Assembly: GCA_037383085.1 (NCBI GenBank)
Contig: JARRPG010000001.1
Span: forward strand, 53,422 to 117,421
DNA: 64,000 nucleotides
DNA from: Desulfuromonadales bacterium
GTDB taxonomy: Bacteria; Desulfobacterota; Desulfuromonadia; Desulfuromonadales; BM103
Direction of reading: 5' to 3'
The position numbers and the translations under genes were made by a program. Below are positions 18,888 through 27,534 of this stretch, in pieces. A model generated the notes under the pieces. That model was not told where the DNA came from. It saw only the letters and a program-made list of their open reading frames with translations, and searched no databases. The stretch's first letter is position 1. Every line of letters begins with the position of its first letter.

Positions 18888-20531
18888 TCACTCGGCGTCC
18901 ATGAACGGGTAGGCAAAGTCCGTCGGCGGCACGAAGGTCTCCTTGACGGTGCGCGGCGAGACCCAGCGCAGCAGGTTGGTGTAGGAACCGGCCTTGTCAT
19001 TGGTCCCGGAGGCACGCCCACCGCCGAAAGGCTGCTGGCCGACGACGGCGCCGGTCGGCTTGTCGTTGATGTAGAAATTGCCGGCAGCATTTTCGAGCTT
19101 GGCCATGGCCAGTGAAACCGCCATACGCTCGGTGGCGAAGACCGCACCCGTCAAGGCGTAGGGCGAGGTCCGGTCGCAGAGGTCCAGGGTTTCTTCGTAT
19201 TGGTCATCCTCATAGACGTAAAGGGTCAGCACCGGACCGAAGATCTCCTCTGCCATGGTGCGAAAGTCCGGGGTCTTGGCCAGGATCACGGTCGGCTCGA
19301 TGAAGTAGCCGGTGCTGTCATCGTAGTTGCCGCCGAGAATGATTTCCGCATCGTCGGACTGCTTGGCATCATCGATATAGGCCGTGATGTCCGCGAAGGC
19401 ACCTTTGTCGATGACCGCACTGAAGAAACAGGAGAAATCGTCGGTCGGCCCCATCTTGATGCGACCCACCTGATCCTCAAGGCCGGCGCGGACGTCGCTC
19501 CAGATCGACTGCGGAATGTAGGCGCGCGAAGCGGCCGAACATTTCTGACCCTGGTATTCGAAGGCCCCCCGGACCAGCGCGGTGACCAGCGCGTCGATGT
19601 CGGCGCTCTTGTGCGCAAAGACAAAGTCCTTGCCACCGGTCTCGCCGACGATCCGTGGATAGGACTTGTACTTGGCGATGTTGTTGCCGATCGTCTGCCA
19701 CATGTCCTGGAAGACCGCGGTGCTGCCGGTGAAATGCACCCCGGCAAATTCAGGACTGTCCATGCAGAGCGGTCCAACCACCGATCCCGGCCCCGGGACG
19801 AAGTTGATGACGCCATCGGGCAACCCGGCTTCCTGCAGGATCCTCATGAACAGGTAAGGAGTGTAGACGCAGGACGAAGCCGGCTTCCAGAGCGCCACGT
19901 TGCCCATGATCGCCGGCGCTGTCGGTAGGTTGCCGGCAATCGCGGTGAAATTGAACGGTGTCACGGCGAAGACGAATCCTTCCAGGGGCCGCTGCTGGAC
20001 GTAATTCCAGACGCCCTTCGAATTGTGCAGCGGCTGCTCCTGGTAGATCTGCTGGGCAAAGTAGACGTTGAAGCGCAGGAAATCGATCAGCTCGCAGGCG
20101 GCATCGATCTCTGCCTGAAAAGCGGTTTTGCCCGTCGAGAGCATGCTGCCGGCATTGATCAGGTAACGGTATTTGGTACTGAGCAGCTCGGCGGCCTTGA
20201 GAAAGATGCCGGCGCGTTCTTCCCAGCGCAGGGTCTTCCATTCCTGCTGGGCCGCGACGGCGGCATCGATCGCCATCTGCACTTCTTTCGGACCGGCCAT
20301 GTGATATTCGGCCAGCACATGCTGATGGTTGTGCGGCATCACCACTTTGCCGAGCTTACCGGTGCGGACCTCCTTGCCGCCGATGATCAGCGGGATCTCG
20401 ATTTTTTTGCCCTGGGTTTCGGCCAGAGCAGCCTTGAGTTTTTCCCGCTCCGGGCTGCCGGGGGCATAATTGTAAACCGGTTCGTTCTGTGGGAAAGGAA
20501 CCTTGATGGTGGCGTTGTTCACTAAGTTCAT
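18888..20531 (-). CDS. pruA: L-glutamate gamma-semialdehyde (delta-1-pyrroline-5-carboxylate) dehydrogenase
   Basis: 547 aa from the ATG at 20531 (GGGAG RBS). ALDH superfamily with the catalytic region ETGGKD / YQGQKCSAASR typical of P5CDH, and N-terminus MNLVNNATIKVPFPQNEPVYNYAPGSPER. Confidence 0.85.
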   Translation of the reverse strand: MNLVNNATIKVPFPQNEPVYNYAPGSPEREKLKAALAETQGKKIEIPLIIGGKEVRTGKLGKVVMPHNHQHVLAEYHMAGPKEVQMAIDAAVAAQQEWKTLRWEERAGIFLKAAELLSTKYRYLINAGSMLSTGKTAFQAEIDAACELIDFLRFNVYFAQQIYQEQPLHNSKGVWNYVQQRPLEGFVFAVTPFNFTAIAGNLPTAPAIMGNVALWKPASSCVYTPYLFMRILQEAGLPDGVINFVPGPGSVVGPLCMDSPEFAGVHFTGSTAVFQDMWQTIGNNIAKYKSYPRIVGETGGKDFVFAHKSADIDALVTALVRGAFEYQGQKCSAASRAYIPQSIWSDVRAGLEDQVGRIKMGPTDDFSCFFSAVIDKGAFADITAYIDDAKQSDDAEIILGGNYDDSTGYFIEPTVILAKTPDFRTMAEEIFGPVLTLYVYEDDQYEETLDLCDRTSPYALTGAVFATERMAVSLAMAKLENAAGNFYINDKPTGAVVGQQPFGGGRASGTNDKAGSYTNLLRWVSPRTVKETFVPPTDFAYPFMDAE

Positions 20532-20638
20532 GACGTCTCCCTTTCGTGTTAAGAGCCAATATCCTGTCGGATGATCGTGATCTGCATAGTCTTGCCGGTT
20601 GCTGAAAACCCGGCTCCATAATGCTGACAGACTGAATG

Positions 20639-20655
20639 AGCAAACAGGATGCCAA
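20639..20655 (-). promoter_or_regulatory. Sigma-54 (-24/-12) promoter for pruA and the proline dehydrogenase gene
   Basis: The minus strand reads TTGGCATCCTGTTTGCT, i.e. TGGCAT-N5-TTGCT with exact GG-to-GC spacing of 12. About 105 nt upstream of the pruA ATG. Confidence 0.75.
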
Positions 20656-20863
20656 GCGGATGCAGGTTTGCCCAAAGGGGTGCTGGTTGTGCGGTGAGAG
20701 GCCCCTCCCCCGCGCCATAAGGCCATTACAAGATACTTATTTTATTAGCTTTTTTAGAATATAGCGCTGTTTGCAGAGGACTTCGGGAAAATTCGCTCAG
20801 GGCCGCTCGAGGAGAAAATGCCTGTCGCCATCAGAAGAGCACAGGCGTCTTCAAAAATTAATT

Positions 20864-20877
20864 ATGCAAATAGACAT
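20864..20877. promoter_or_regulatory. Candidate enhancer (UAS) site, ATGCAA-N5-CAT copy 1
   Basis: ATGCAAATAGACAT. Its centre is 218 bp upstream of the -24 GG of the pruA sigma-54 promoter. Confidence 0.45.
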
Positions 20878-20936
20878 AATGAGCTTTTTTCTTGTGTCAT
20901 CTAAAATACTGTAATCATTTATTTAAATTTCTTTTT

Positions 20937-20950
20937 ATGCAAAAAAACAT
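20937..20950. promoter_or_regulatory. Candidate enhancer (UAS) site, ATGCAA-N5-CAT copy 2
   Basis: ATGCAAAAAAACAT, 73 bp from copy 1 (about 7 helical turns). Confidence 0.35.
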
Positions 20951-20991
20951 GTAGGCTCTTGACCCGAACAATTAATGCGTTTTCGCATCAA

Positions 20992-21906
20992 TCAGCCTCC
21001 TACCGTGGCCCGCAAGCCATGCTCACCGAACACCCGGATCGCCCGCTCGAGACCTTCCGGACCCGGTTCGTGGATGGCGTGCAGATCGCGATGCTGCCCC
21101 AGCTTGGCATCTTTGCCTCGAGCCACATCATGATAGGGAAGCAGGTTCACCGCCTTGCGCGAACCGGCCAGACCGGCCACAAAATCGGCGATCCCGGCCA
21201 GGTTCTCGGCATCATCATTGACACCACCGAGCAGGGGCACACGCACCTGAATCGCGACACCGGTCGCGGCCAGGGCCTCGAGGTTGTTGAGAATCAGCGA
21301 ATTATCGACCCCGGTGTAGCGGCGATGCCGGTCGGTGTCGATCAGCTTCAGGTCATAGAGGAAAAGGTCGGCATGCCGGGCCACCTCGAGCAGGGTCGCG
21401 GTTTTGACATAGCCTGAGGTGTCAATAGCGCGGTGAATGCCGCGCGCACCGCAGCGGTCAAGGAGTTCGATCAGAAAATCCGGATAAAGCAAGGGCTCGC
21501 CGCCCGAGAACGTCACCCCCCCAGCGGACTGATCGAAAAAAGGCCGCTCCTTTTCGATCACAGCCAGGATCTCTTCGACGGCCATCGGCCGCCCCGAAAT
21601 TTCCGTCGCCAGGGCCGGACAGGCGGCTGCGCAGGCACCGCAGAGAGTACACACCGCGTGATCGGTGACCACCCCCTCGGCGTTGAGCTCACAGGCCTGT
21701 CGGGGACAGACCCGGCAACACTCCCGGCAGCCGATGCACTTGGCCGCGGTGAAGAGCTTCTGCGGGCGGGCGGAAATGCTTTCGGGGTTGTGACACCACT
21801 GGCAATTCAGCGGACAGCCCTTGAAGAAGACCGTGACGCGAATGCCCGGACCGTCGTTGATCGCGTAACGCTTGATATCGAAGATGAGGGGCTCTTGCAT
21901 GATCAC
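20992..21906 (-). CDS. Glycyl-radical enzyme activating protein (radical SAM, with ferredoxin-like insert)
   Basis: CPLNCQWCHNPE (the CxxxCxxC radical-SAM cluster) plus two extra Cys clusters, CIGCRECCRVCP and CTLCGACAAACP. The GGEPLL SAM motif is present. The start is ambiguous (GTG at 21906 or ATG at 21900). Confidence 0.9.
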   Translation of the reverse strand: MIMQEPLIFDIKRYAINDGPGIRVTVFFKGCPLNCQWCHNPESISARPQKLFTAAKCIGCRECCRVCPRQACELNAEGVVTDHAVCTLCGACAAACPALATEISGRPMAVEEILAVIEKERPFFDQSAGGVTFSGGEPLLYPDFLIELLDRCGARGIHRAIDTSGYVKTATLLEVARHADLFLYDLKLIDTDRHRRYTGVDNSLILNNLEALAATGVAIQVRVPLLGGVNDDAENLAGIADFVAGLAGSRKAVNLLPYHDVARGKDAKLGQHRDLHAIHEPGPEGLERAIRVFGEHGLRATVGG

Positions 21907-21922
21907 TTAAAGCAAAATCTTA

Positions 21923-22077
21923 TTAACGCAAAGACGCAAAGGCGCCAAGTTTAGCAATCACATGAAAACACTTAAAACACTTAACACGATAGGCACGCCA
22001 AAATCCCTCACAACAACTCTAACCAAAAGGCCTTGAAGTTCCTATCAGCCCTTAGCGTCTTTGCGCCTTTGCGTTAA
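21923..22077. repeat. 155-bp REP/MITE-like element bounded by 23-nt inverted repeats, between the GRE and its activase
   Basis: Left arm TTAACGCAAAGACGCAAAGGCGC. Right arm GCGTCTTTGCGCCTTTGCGTTAA. The arms pair over 23 positions with one mismatch and one G-U wobble. There is an internal tandem AACACTTAA x2. Confidence 0.6.
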
Positions 22078-22080
22078 AAA

Positions 22081-24531
22081 TTAAAAAGATTCGTTCTCGG
22101 TCCGTTCGATCACTTCCTGCTGCAGGTCGGCGTTCATGTCGTTGAAGTAATCGCTGTAACCGGCCATGCGCACCAGCAGGTCCTTGTAATCTTCCGGGGT
22201 CTCCTGCGCCGCCTTGAGGGTTGCCGTGTCGACGATATTGAACTGGATGTGGTGGCCCCCCAGATTGAAGTAGCTGCGAATCAGTTGGCCAAGCCGGGTG
22301 ATGTCCTCGTCGCGTTTGAGCAGACTCGGCAGAAAACGTTGGTTGAGCAGCGTTCCGCCCGACAGGGTATGGTCCAGCTTGGTCAGGGAACGAATCACCG
22401 CCGAAGGCCCATGAGTGTCCGCTCCATGGGACGGTGAGGTGCCGTCGGAAATCGACTTGCCGGCCAGCCGGCCGTTCGGGGTCGCCCCGGTGACCTTGCC
22501 GAAATAGATATGACAGGTCGTCGAGAGCATGTTGAGATGGAAACTCTCCCCCTTGATGTTCGGCTTGCCGTCGATCGCCTGCAGCAGGTCCCGGTAGATC
22601 TGCAGGGCGATGTCGTCGGCATAGTCGTCGTCGTTGCCAAAAAACGGTGTCTTGTTGAGCACGGTCTGGCGCAGGAACGCATCTTCGGCAAAATTGTCGG
22701 CAAGAGCCTTCAGGAGGCGTTCCATGCTGAAGGTCTGCGCCTCGAAAACATGTTTTTTCAGGACCGCGAGGCTATCGGTGGTCGTCCCCAGCCCGGTGCA
22801 CTGGATATAGTTGGTGTTGTAACGCGGTCCGGCATCGTAATAATCCCGTCCCTTGCTGATGCAGTCCTCGATCACGACGGACAGGAAAGGGGCCGGAGCG
22901 TACTTGGCGAACATGCGGTCAATGTAGTTGCTGACCCGAATCTTGGTGTCGACAATAAAATTCAGCTGGCGCCGAAAGGCGTCGTAAAGCGCCTCGAAGG
23001 AGGTAAACTGGCGCGGGTCGCCGGTCTCCATGCCGGCCTTTTTGCCGGTGACCGGATCGGTCCCGTTGTTGAGGGTGATCTCGAGAATCTTCGGCACGTT
23101 CAGGTAACCGGTCAGGATGTAGGCTTCCTTGCCGAAGGCGCCGACCTCGATGCAACCACTGCAGCCCCCCTCGCGCGCATCCTGCAGCGACTTGCCCTGG
23201 CGCAGCAACTCGAGAACGTAGACATCGGGATTGAAAACCGACGGGTAACCATGGCCCTGGCGAATCACCCGACAGGCCGCCTCCAGAAAGCGGTCGGGCG
23301 TCTTGCTGCTGACGTGCGCCGAGTTGCCGGGCTGCAGGATATGCAACTCCTCGACTACCTCGAGCATCAGATAAGACACCTCGCTGACCCCGTCCTTGCC
23401 ATCGCCGGTGATGCCGCCGATGTTGATGTTGGTAAAGTCGTTGTAGGTGCCGCTTTCCCGTGCCGTGATGCCGACCTTGGGCGGCGCCGGATGGTTGTTG
23501 ACCTTGATCCAGAAGCAGCAGAGCAACTCCTTGGCCTGCTCGCGCGTCAAGGTTCCGGCGGCGATCTCCGCCCTGTAGAACGGGGCCAGGTGCTGGTCGA
23601 AATGGCCCGGATTCATGGCATCCCAACCGTTCAGTTCCGTGATCGTACCGAGGTGCACGAACCAGTACATCTGGATCGCTTCGTGAAAGGTCTGCGGCGC
23701 ATGGGCCGGAACCCGGCGGCAGACTTCGGCGATCGTCCGCAGCTCGGCGGCGCGCTGCGGATTTTGTTCATCAGCGGCCCGTTGTTCGGCCAACGCGGCA
23801 TGCCGCTCGGCAAAGAGGATCACGGCGTCACAGGAGACATCCATGGCCCGCAATTCTTCGAGCTTGTCGGTCGCTTCCGGGTCGTTGAGAAAATCCAGGC
23901 GAACGATCTGGTCGGCGATCTGCCGCTTGAAGTCGCGCATTCCCAGACGGTAGATCTTGCCGTCCAGGGCGGTATGCCCGGGGGCCCGCTGCTCCATGAA
24001 TTCGGTGAACAAACCGGCCTCATAGGCCGCCTGCCACTCCGCAGGAACATGGTTGAAGATGCGCTCGCGAATCGTCCGGCCCTGCCAGAAGGGGATCACT
24101 TCGCGGGCATAAATGGCGATATCCTCCTCGCTGATCGTATAACGCTGCTGCTCACGGCTGTTGAGGACGCGAAAGTCTTCCACGCTGTGACAGGTCAGCT
24201 CGGGGAAGGTCGGCACCGCTTTCGGCCGCGGCCCGCGTTCGCCGACAATCAGCTCATCCTCACCGATGTAGATCGTTTTCCTGCGACAGTGATCGAGGAA
24301 GTTCAGAGCGCGCAGCATCGGCGTTGAATACTTGCCGTCATTCTCCCGGTAGAAGGCGGTCTCATGAAGCGCACGCTCGATCGACAGGCTCGGTTCGGTT
24401 TCGACGCTCAGCTTGCGCAGACGCTGGATACGGGCATTCATACCGGGCCCGATCGGATTGGGTTTGGAGGGATAAAAATTGCCTTCACTGGCCGCTTTGC
24501 GCTGCGGCATCGCTGTTGTTTCCAGGGTCAT
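22081..24531 (-). CDS. hypD: Glycyl radical enzyme, PFL2/eliminase family; best fit is trans-4-hydroxy-L-proline dehydratase (HypD-like)
   Basis: C-terminal glycyl-radical motif VRMAGYSDYF and Cys loop SGCIEVG. Motifs FTEFMEQRAPGHT, ELNGWDA, KVGITARESGTYNDF and AYILTGY contain F178, H186, D304, S360, F366, C460, E462 and Y476. These all sit at a constant +26 offset from the HypD active-site residues I recall (F152, H160, D278, S334, F340, C434, E436, Y450). The start is uncertain (ATG at 24531, 24510 or 24441). Confidence 0.8.
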   Translation of the reverse strand: MTLETTAMPQRKAASEGNFYPSKPNPIGPGMNARIQRLRKLSVETEPSLSIERALHETAFYRENDGKYSTPMLRALNFLDHCRRKTIYIGEDELIVGERGPRPKAVPTFPELTCHSVEDFRVLNSREQQRYTISEEDIAIYAREVIPFWQGRTIRERIFNHVPAEWQAAYEAGLFTEFMEQRAPGHTALDGKIYRLGMRDFKRQIADQIVRLDFLNDPEATDKLEELRAMDVSCDAVILFAERHAALAEQRAADEQNPQRAAELRTIAEVCRRVPAHAPQTFHEAIQMYWFVHLGTITELNGWDAMNPGHFDQHLAPFYRAEIAAGTLTREQAKELLCCFWIKVNNHPAPPKVGITARESGTYNDFTNINIGGITGDGKDGVSEVSYLMLEVVEELHILQPGNSAHVSSKTPDRFLEAACRVIRQGHGYPSVFNPDVYVLELLRQGKSLQDAREGGCSGCIEVGAFGKEAYILTGYLNVPKILEITLNNGTDPVTGKKAGMETGDPRQFTSFEALYDAFRRQLNFIVDTKIRVSNYIDRMFAKYAPAPFLSVVIEDCISKGRDYYDAGPRYNTNYIQCTGLGTTTDSLAVLKKHVFEAQTFSMERLLKALADNFAEDAFLRQTVLNKTPFFGNDDDYADDIALQIYRDLLQAIDGKPNIKGESFHLNMLSTTCHIYFGKVTGATPNGRLAGKSISDGTSPSHGADTHGPSAVIRSLTKLDHTLSGGTLLNQRFLPSLLKRDEDITRLGQLIRSYFNLGGHHIQFNIVDTATLKAAQETPEDYKDLLVRMAGYSDYFNDMNADLQQEVIERTENESF

Positions 24532-24612
24532 GACCAGACGACTTTCTTTCAGTTAAGAATTTGGCGACGAACAGGCACCATTGTTCAGTTTACTGTGCCA
24601 ACCCGCTGCAGG

Positions 24613-24628
24613 ACAAGCACGGTGCCAA
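24613..24628 (-). promoter_or_regulatory. Degenerate sigma-54-like -24/-12 element upstream of the GRE
   Basis: The minus strand reads TTGGCACCGTGCTTGT. The -24 TGGCAC is perfect and the spacing is correct, but -12 is TTGT rather than TTGC. About 85 nt upstream of the 24531 ATG. Confidence 0.35.
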
Positions 24629-24868
24629 CAGGCGGACCGTTGAACCGCCTGAAAAGATTCCACCTGGTCACAGAATTGAGCAAGAAGGATACCAAAGCGA
24701 TGTTTTCTGAAGATATTTACAAGAGCTTGAAATCAAAGCCTTTTAAGTAACGGAAGCGGAAATTTCGCGGGCGGCCGCCGGAGGATTGCTATTCACTGCA
24801 GAATCGATAATTCAGGAAGGAATAAATCGGCCCCTGGCCATGACGCGCAAGAGCTTTCTGATCAGAGT

Positions 24869-25207
24869 TCAACCCAGCTTGGCGCCGTTCGGCACCGGTC
24901 GTTCGGGAATCGCTATGACGACGGAATTGTCGTCGCGATAAAAACCGGTCAGCAGGAACTCGGAGCGCATCGGCCCGATCTGTTTGGGTGGGAAATTGAC
25001 CACACCGATGATCTGCCGGCCGACCAATTCCTCCCGGTTGTAGTGCACCGTAATCTGCGCACTGGCCCTGAGAACACCGATTTCGGTGCCGAAATCAGCG
25101 GTGACGATATAGGCCGGCTTGCGCGCTTGCGGGAAGTCCTCGACTGCGAGGACTGTTCCGACCCGCAACTCGACGGCGGCAAAATCCTGCCAGGAGATGT
25201 TCTGCAT
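24869..25207 (-). CDS. CsaA/YgjH-like tRNA-binding (OB-fold) domain protein
   Basis: [33 protein letters not shown]...[19 protein letters not shown] is the tRNA_bind/CsaA signature. The ATG at 25207 has a GGAG RBS. Confidence 0.75.
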   Translation of the reverse strand: MQNISWQDFAAVELRVGTVLAVEDFPQARKPAYIVTADFGTEIGVLRASAQITVHYNREELVGRQIIGVVNFPPKQIGPMRSEFLLTGFYRDDNSVVIAIPERPVPNGAKLG

Positions 25208-25220
25208 CAGAGTCTCCAAT

Positions 25221-26657
25221 CTAGCTTTTTTGCGCATCGGTGCTGCGGTATTTGATCCCGTACTTATGGAGTTTACGCGCCACGGTCGGCTGGCTCATGC
25301 CGAGAGCCCGGGCGATCGCCTGCTGCCTGTGATGGTGCTTGCTGACCTCGGTCAGGACGCGCTTTTCCACCGCCTCGAGAATCTGGGTCATGGTCATATT
25401 TTCGGGGCAGGCGTTCAAGGGCAGGCCCGTGCCGTCGTCCACCGCGGCCAACACATCCTGCGGCAGGTCGCTGCTATCGATCACCTCGGTGTCCGTCATC
25501 ACCACCAGGCGTTCACAGATGTTCATCAACTCACGCACGTTGCCGGGATAATCGTATTGCACCAGCGTGTCGAAGGCTGCGGTCGTCAGTCGCTTGGTGG
25601 TTTTGGCGCGGCTGGAAAAGTAATCCAGGTAACTGCGGATCAGCGGCACCAGGCATTCCCGGCGTTCGCGCAGTGGCGGGACCCGGAGCGGCACGACGCT
25701 CAGCCGGTAATAGAGGTCGGCACGGAACTCTTTGCGCTCCACCAGGGCATCCAGATCGCGATTGGTCGCCGCCAGGACGCGCACGTCGAAGCGTTGGCTT
25801 CGGGTCGCCCCCAACCGGGTGACCGCACCATCTTCCAAAAAGCGCAGCAACTTGACCTGTGAGGCCAGCGGCAGCTCGGCAATTTCATCGAGAAACAAGG
25901 TCCCGCCGGCAGCCAGCTCGAATTGCCCGGGCTTGCTGCTCGTCGCCCCGGTGAAGGCGCCGCGCTCGTAACCGAACAACTCGGCTTCGATCAAGGTCTC
26001 CGGAATCGCCCCGCAATTGATCTTGATCAGGGGACGCCCGGAACGGCCCGAGTTCTCATGGATCATATCGGCGATCAGCCCCTTGCCAACGCCCGATTCA
26101 CCAAGGATCAAAACGGTCGAATCGACCTCACTGACCTTGAGCGCCTGGCGGATCGCCTTGACCATGCAGGGACTTCTGGCAATCATCGGCTGCTCGGCAA
26201 ACCGTTCCTGCTGCAATTCCAGGATCTGATGCCGATAGCGATCACCGATCGCCTGCTGCTCCTCGAGCTGCCGCTGCAAACGATCGATTTCGGTGATATC
26301 GCGCTCGCTGACGACCACCCGGATGAGATCGCCGGCATCATCGAATACCGGCGTGGCGGTCGAGATGAGTTTGCGACCGAAGCGATTCTCCTGCAGCAGG
26401 CTGACCGGACTGCGATTTTTGATCGCTTCCAGGGCCGCGGAGGGCAAAATCAGCAACCCCTCCTGGGCGGCGTCGAGGTAGTCGCGGCCGATCAACTGGG
26501 CGGCGGAGGCATGATTGATGCGTTCCGATGCCGGGTTGACACGCAAGATGCGACCGCTGCCGTCACAGACGAACAAGCCGTCGGAGGACGAATCGATGAT
26601 GGCATCATGCTCCCAAGTCAGTTCCTGGGTTGGCCTGTCCATAGGTTGTTCCTTCAA
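25221..26657 (-). CDS. Sigma-54-dependent transcriptional activator (PAS - AAA+ - Fis-type HTH), here called EBP1
   Basis: PAS ([13 protein letters not shown]...VNPASERI). AAA+ with Walker A GESGVGKG, the GAFTGA sigma-54 contact loop, and [14 protein letters not shown]-terminal [27 protein letters not shown]. Confidence 0.9.
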   Translation of the reverse strand: MKEQPMDRPTQELTWEHDAIIDSSSDGLFVCDGSGRILRVNPASERINHASAAQLIGRDYLDAAQEGLLILPSAALEAIKNRSPVSLLQENRFGRKLISTATPVFDDAGDLIRVVVSERDITEIDRLQRQLEEQQAIGDRYRHQILELQQERFAEQPMIARSPCMVKAIRQALKVSEVDSTVLILGESGVGKGLIADMIHENSGRSGRPLIKINCGAIPETLIEAELFGYERGAFTGATSSKPGQFELAAGGTLFLDEIAELPLASQVKLLRFLEDGAVTRLGATRSQRFDVRVLAATNRDLDALVERKEFRADLYYRLSVVPLRVPPLRERRECLVPLIRSYLDYFSSRAKTTKRLTTAAFDTLVQYDYPGNVRELMNICERLVVMTDTEVIDSSDLPQDVLAAVDDGTGLPLNACPENMTMTQILEAVEKRVLTEVSKHHHRQQAIARALGMSQPTVARKLHKYGIKYRSTDAQKS

Positions 26658-26664
26658 GGTGGAT

Positions 26665-27474
26665 TCAATGAGACATCAACACCGGCACGGTCATGAACTC
26701 CAGCAGATACCGACCGACATCACCCAGCGTTTGCTGCCCGCGCCGCGACTGGGCAAAAGCCCCCATGATCAGCAGATCGATCCCTTCGTCGGCGCAGCGG
26801 TTGAGCAACAGGTCCCCGACATGCAGGTCTCCGCTGACATGTTTCTCGCCCATCGCTTTGATCCCATAGTGGACCAGGTGTCGACAGATATCGGCATTGT
26901 GCGCTTTGTACGATTCGTCACCACCGGTTCCCTGAACGGTGAGAACCTTGACTCGTTCTGCCCGCGTCAGAAACGGCAGACCGTCATGCAGGGCCCGGGA
27001 CGATTCCGGCCCGCCACGCCAGGCCAGCATGATCTGCTTGCCGAGCGTGGCAAACGTGCCGGCATAAGGCACAATCAGAACAGGTCGACCAGCGCCGAGC
27101 ACGGCGCGCTCCGGAAGATCGGGAGGAATCGTGCGATCCGGATTGCTCAGATCGGTCTGGCTGATGACCAGCAAGTCATGGTAATGGGCATACAGGCTGA
27201 TGGTCTGGGACAGTTCGAGCCCGCTTTGCTGACTGTCGACGCAGATCCATTCGGAATCGACTCCGGCGTCACGGGCAGCGCCTTCGAAGGCCGCCCTCGC
27301 CTCTGCGACAAGCTCCAGCGTATCGGCATTTTGCGCGGCAAAATACGGATGCGGAATGACATAGAGACCGGTCAGACGGGCCTGGTGCTGCTGCGCAACC
27401 TGGAGGGCGACGGCCAGGCGCGATCGGCAGGTGGGCCGGTTGTTGATGTGCACCAGAATATCCTTGAAGTTCAT
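26665..27474 (-). CDS. Tandem universal stress protein (UspA family)
   Basis: 269 aa, two Usp domains (ILVHINN...DLLVIS...PVLIVP and ...IDLLIMGAF...VPVLMSH). Only 7 nt separate it from the EBP1 start. Confidence 0.8.
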   Translation of the reverse strand: MNFKDILVHINNRPTCRSRLAVALQVAQQHQARLTGLYVIPHPYFAAQNADTLELVAEARAAFEGAARDAGVDSEWICVDSQQSGLELSQTISLYAHYHDLLVISQTDLSNPDRTIPPDLPERAVLGAGRPVLIVPYAGTFATLGKQIMLAWRGGPESSRALHDGLPFLTRAERVKVLTVQGTGGDESYKAHNADICRHLVHYGIKAMGEKHVSGDLHVGDLLLNRCADEGIDLLIMGAFAQSRRGQQTLGDVGRYLLEFMTVPVLMSH

Positions 27475-27534
27475 GGTTTGCCTCCCTGTGACACGGTCAC
27501 AGACTGCGTCTCTGCAGCGATGGGATCCGTTGGC

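Noticed and set aside
22510-24327. 605-aa plus-strand ORF
   Set aside because: Antisense to the glycyl radical enzyme gene. No family signature.
22081-24531. Alternative GRE assignments (pyruvate formate-lyase, choline TMA-lyase, glycerol/propanediol dehydratase, HplG C-N lyase)
   Set aside because: It lacks the PFL double-Cys motif. The FTEFMEQRAPGHT and ESGTYNDF contexts match what I recall for HypD, not for glycerol dehydratase. No AKP thiolase (OrtAB) genes, which would be expected with HplG, are nearby. However, HplG is a close relative and cannot be excluded without a phylogeny.
24586-24602. Second TGGCAC (minus strand TTGGCACAGTAAACTG) as a sigma-54 promoter
   Set aside because: There is no GC dinucleotide at the -12 position. 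It is kept only as part of the repeated GGCAC words in the GRE leader finding.
24364-24750. 128-aa plus-strand ORF in the GRE leader
   Set aside because: It starts inside the GRE coding region on the opposite strand. It has no RBS and no family signature, and the region is better explained as a promoter/leader.
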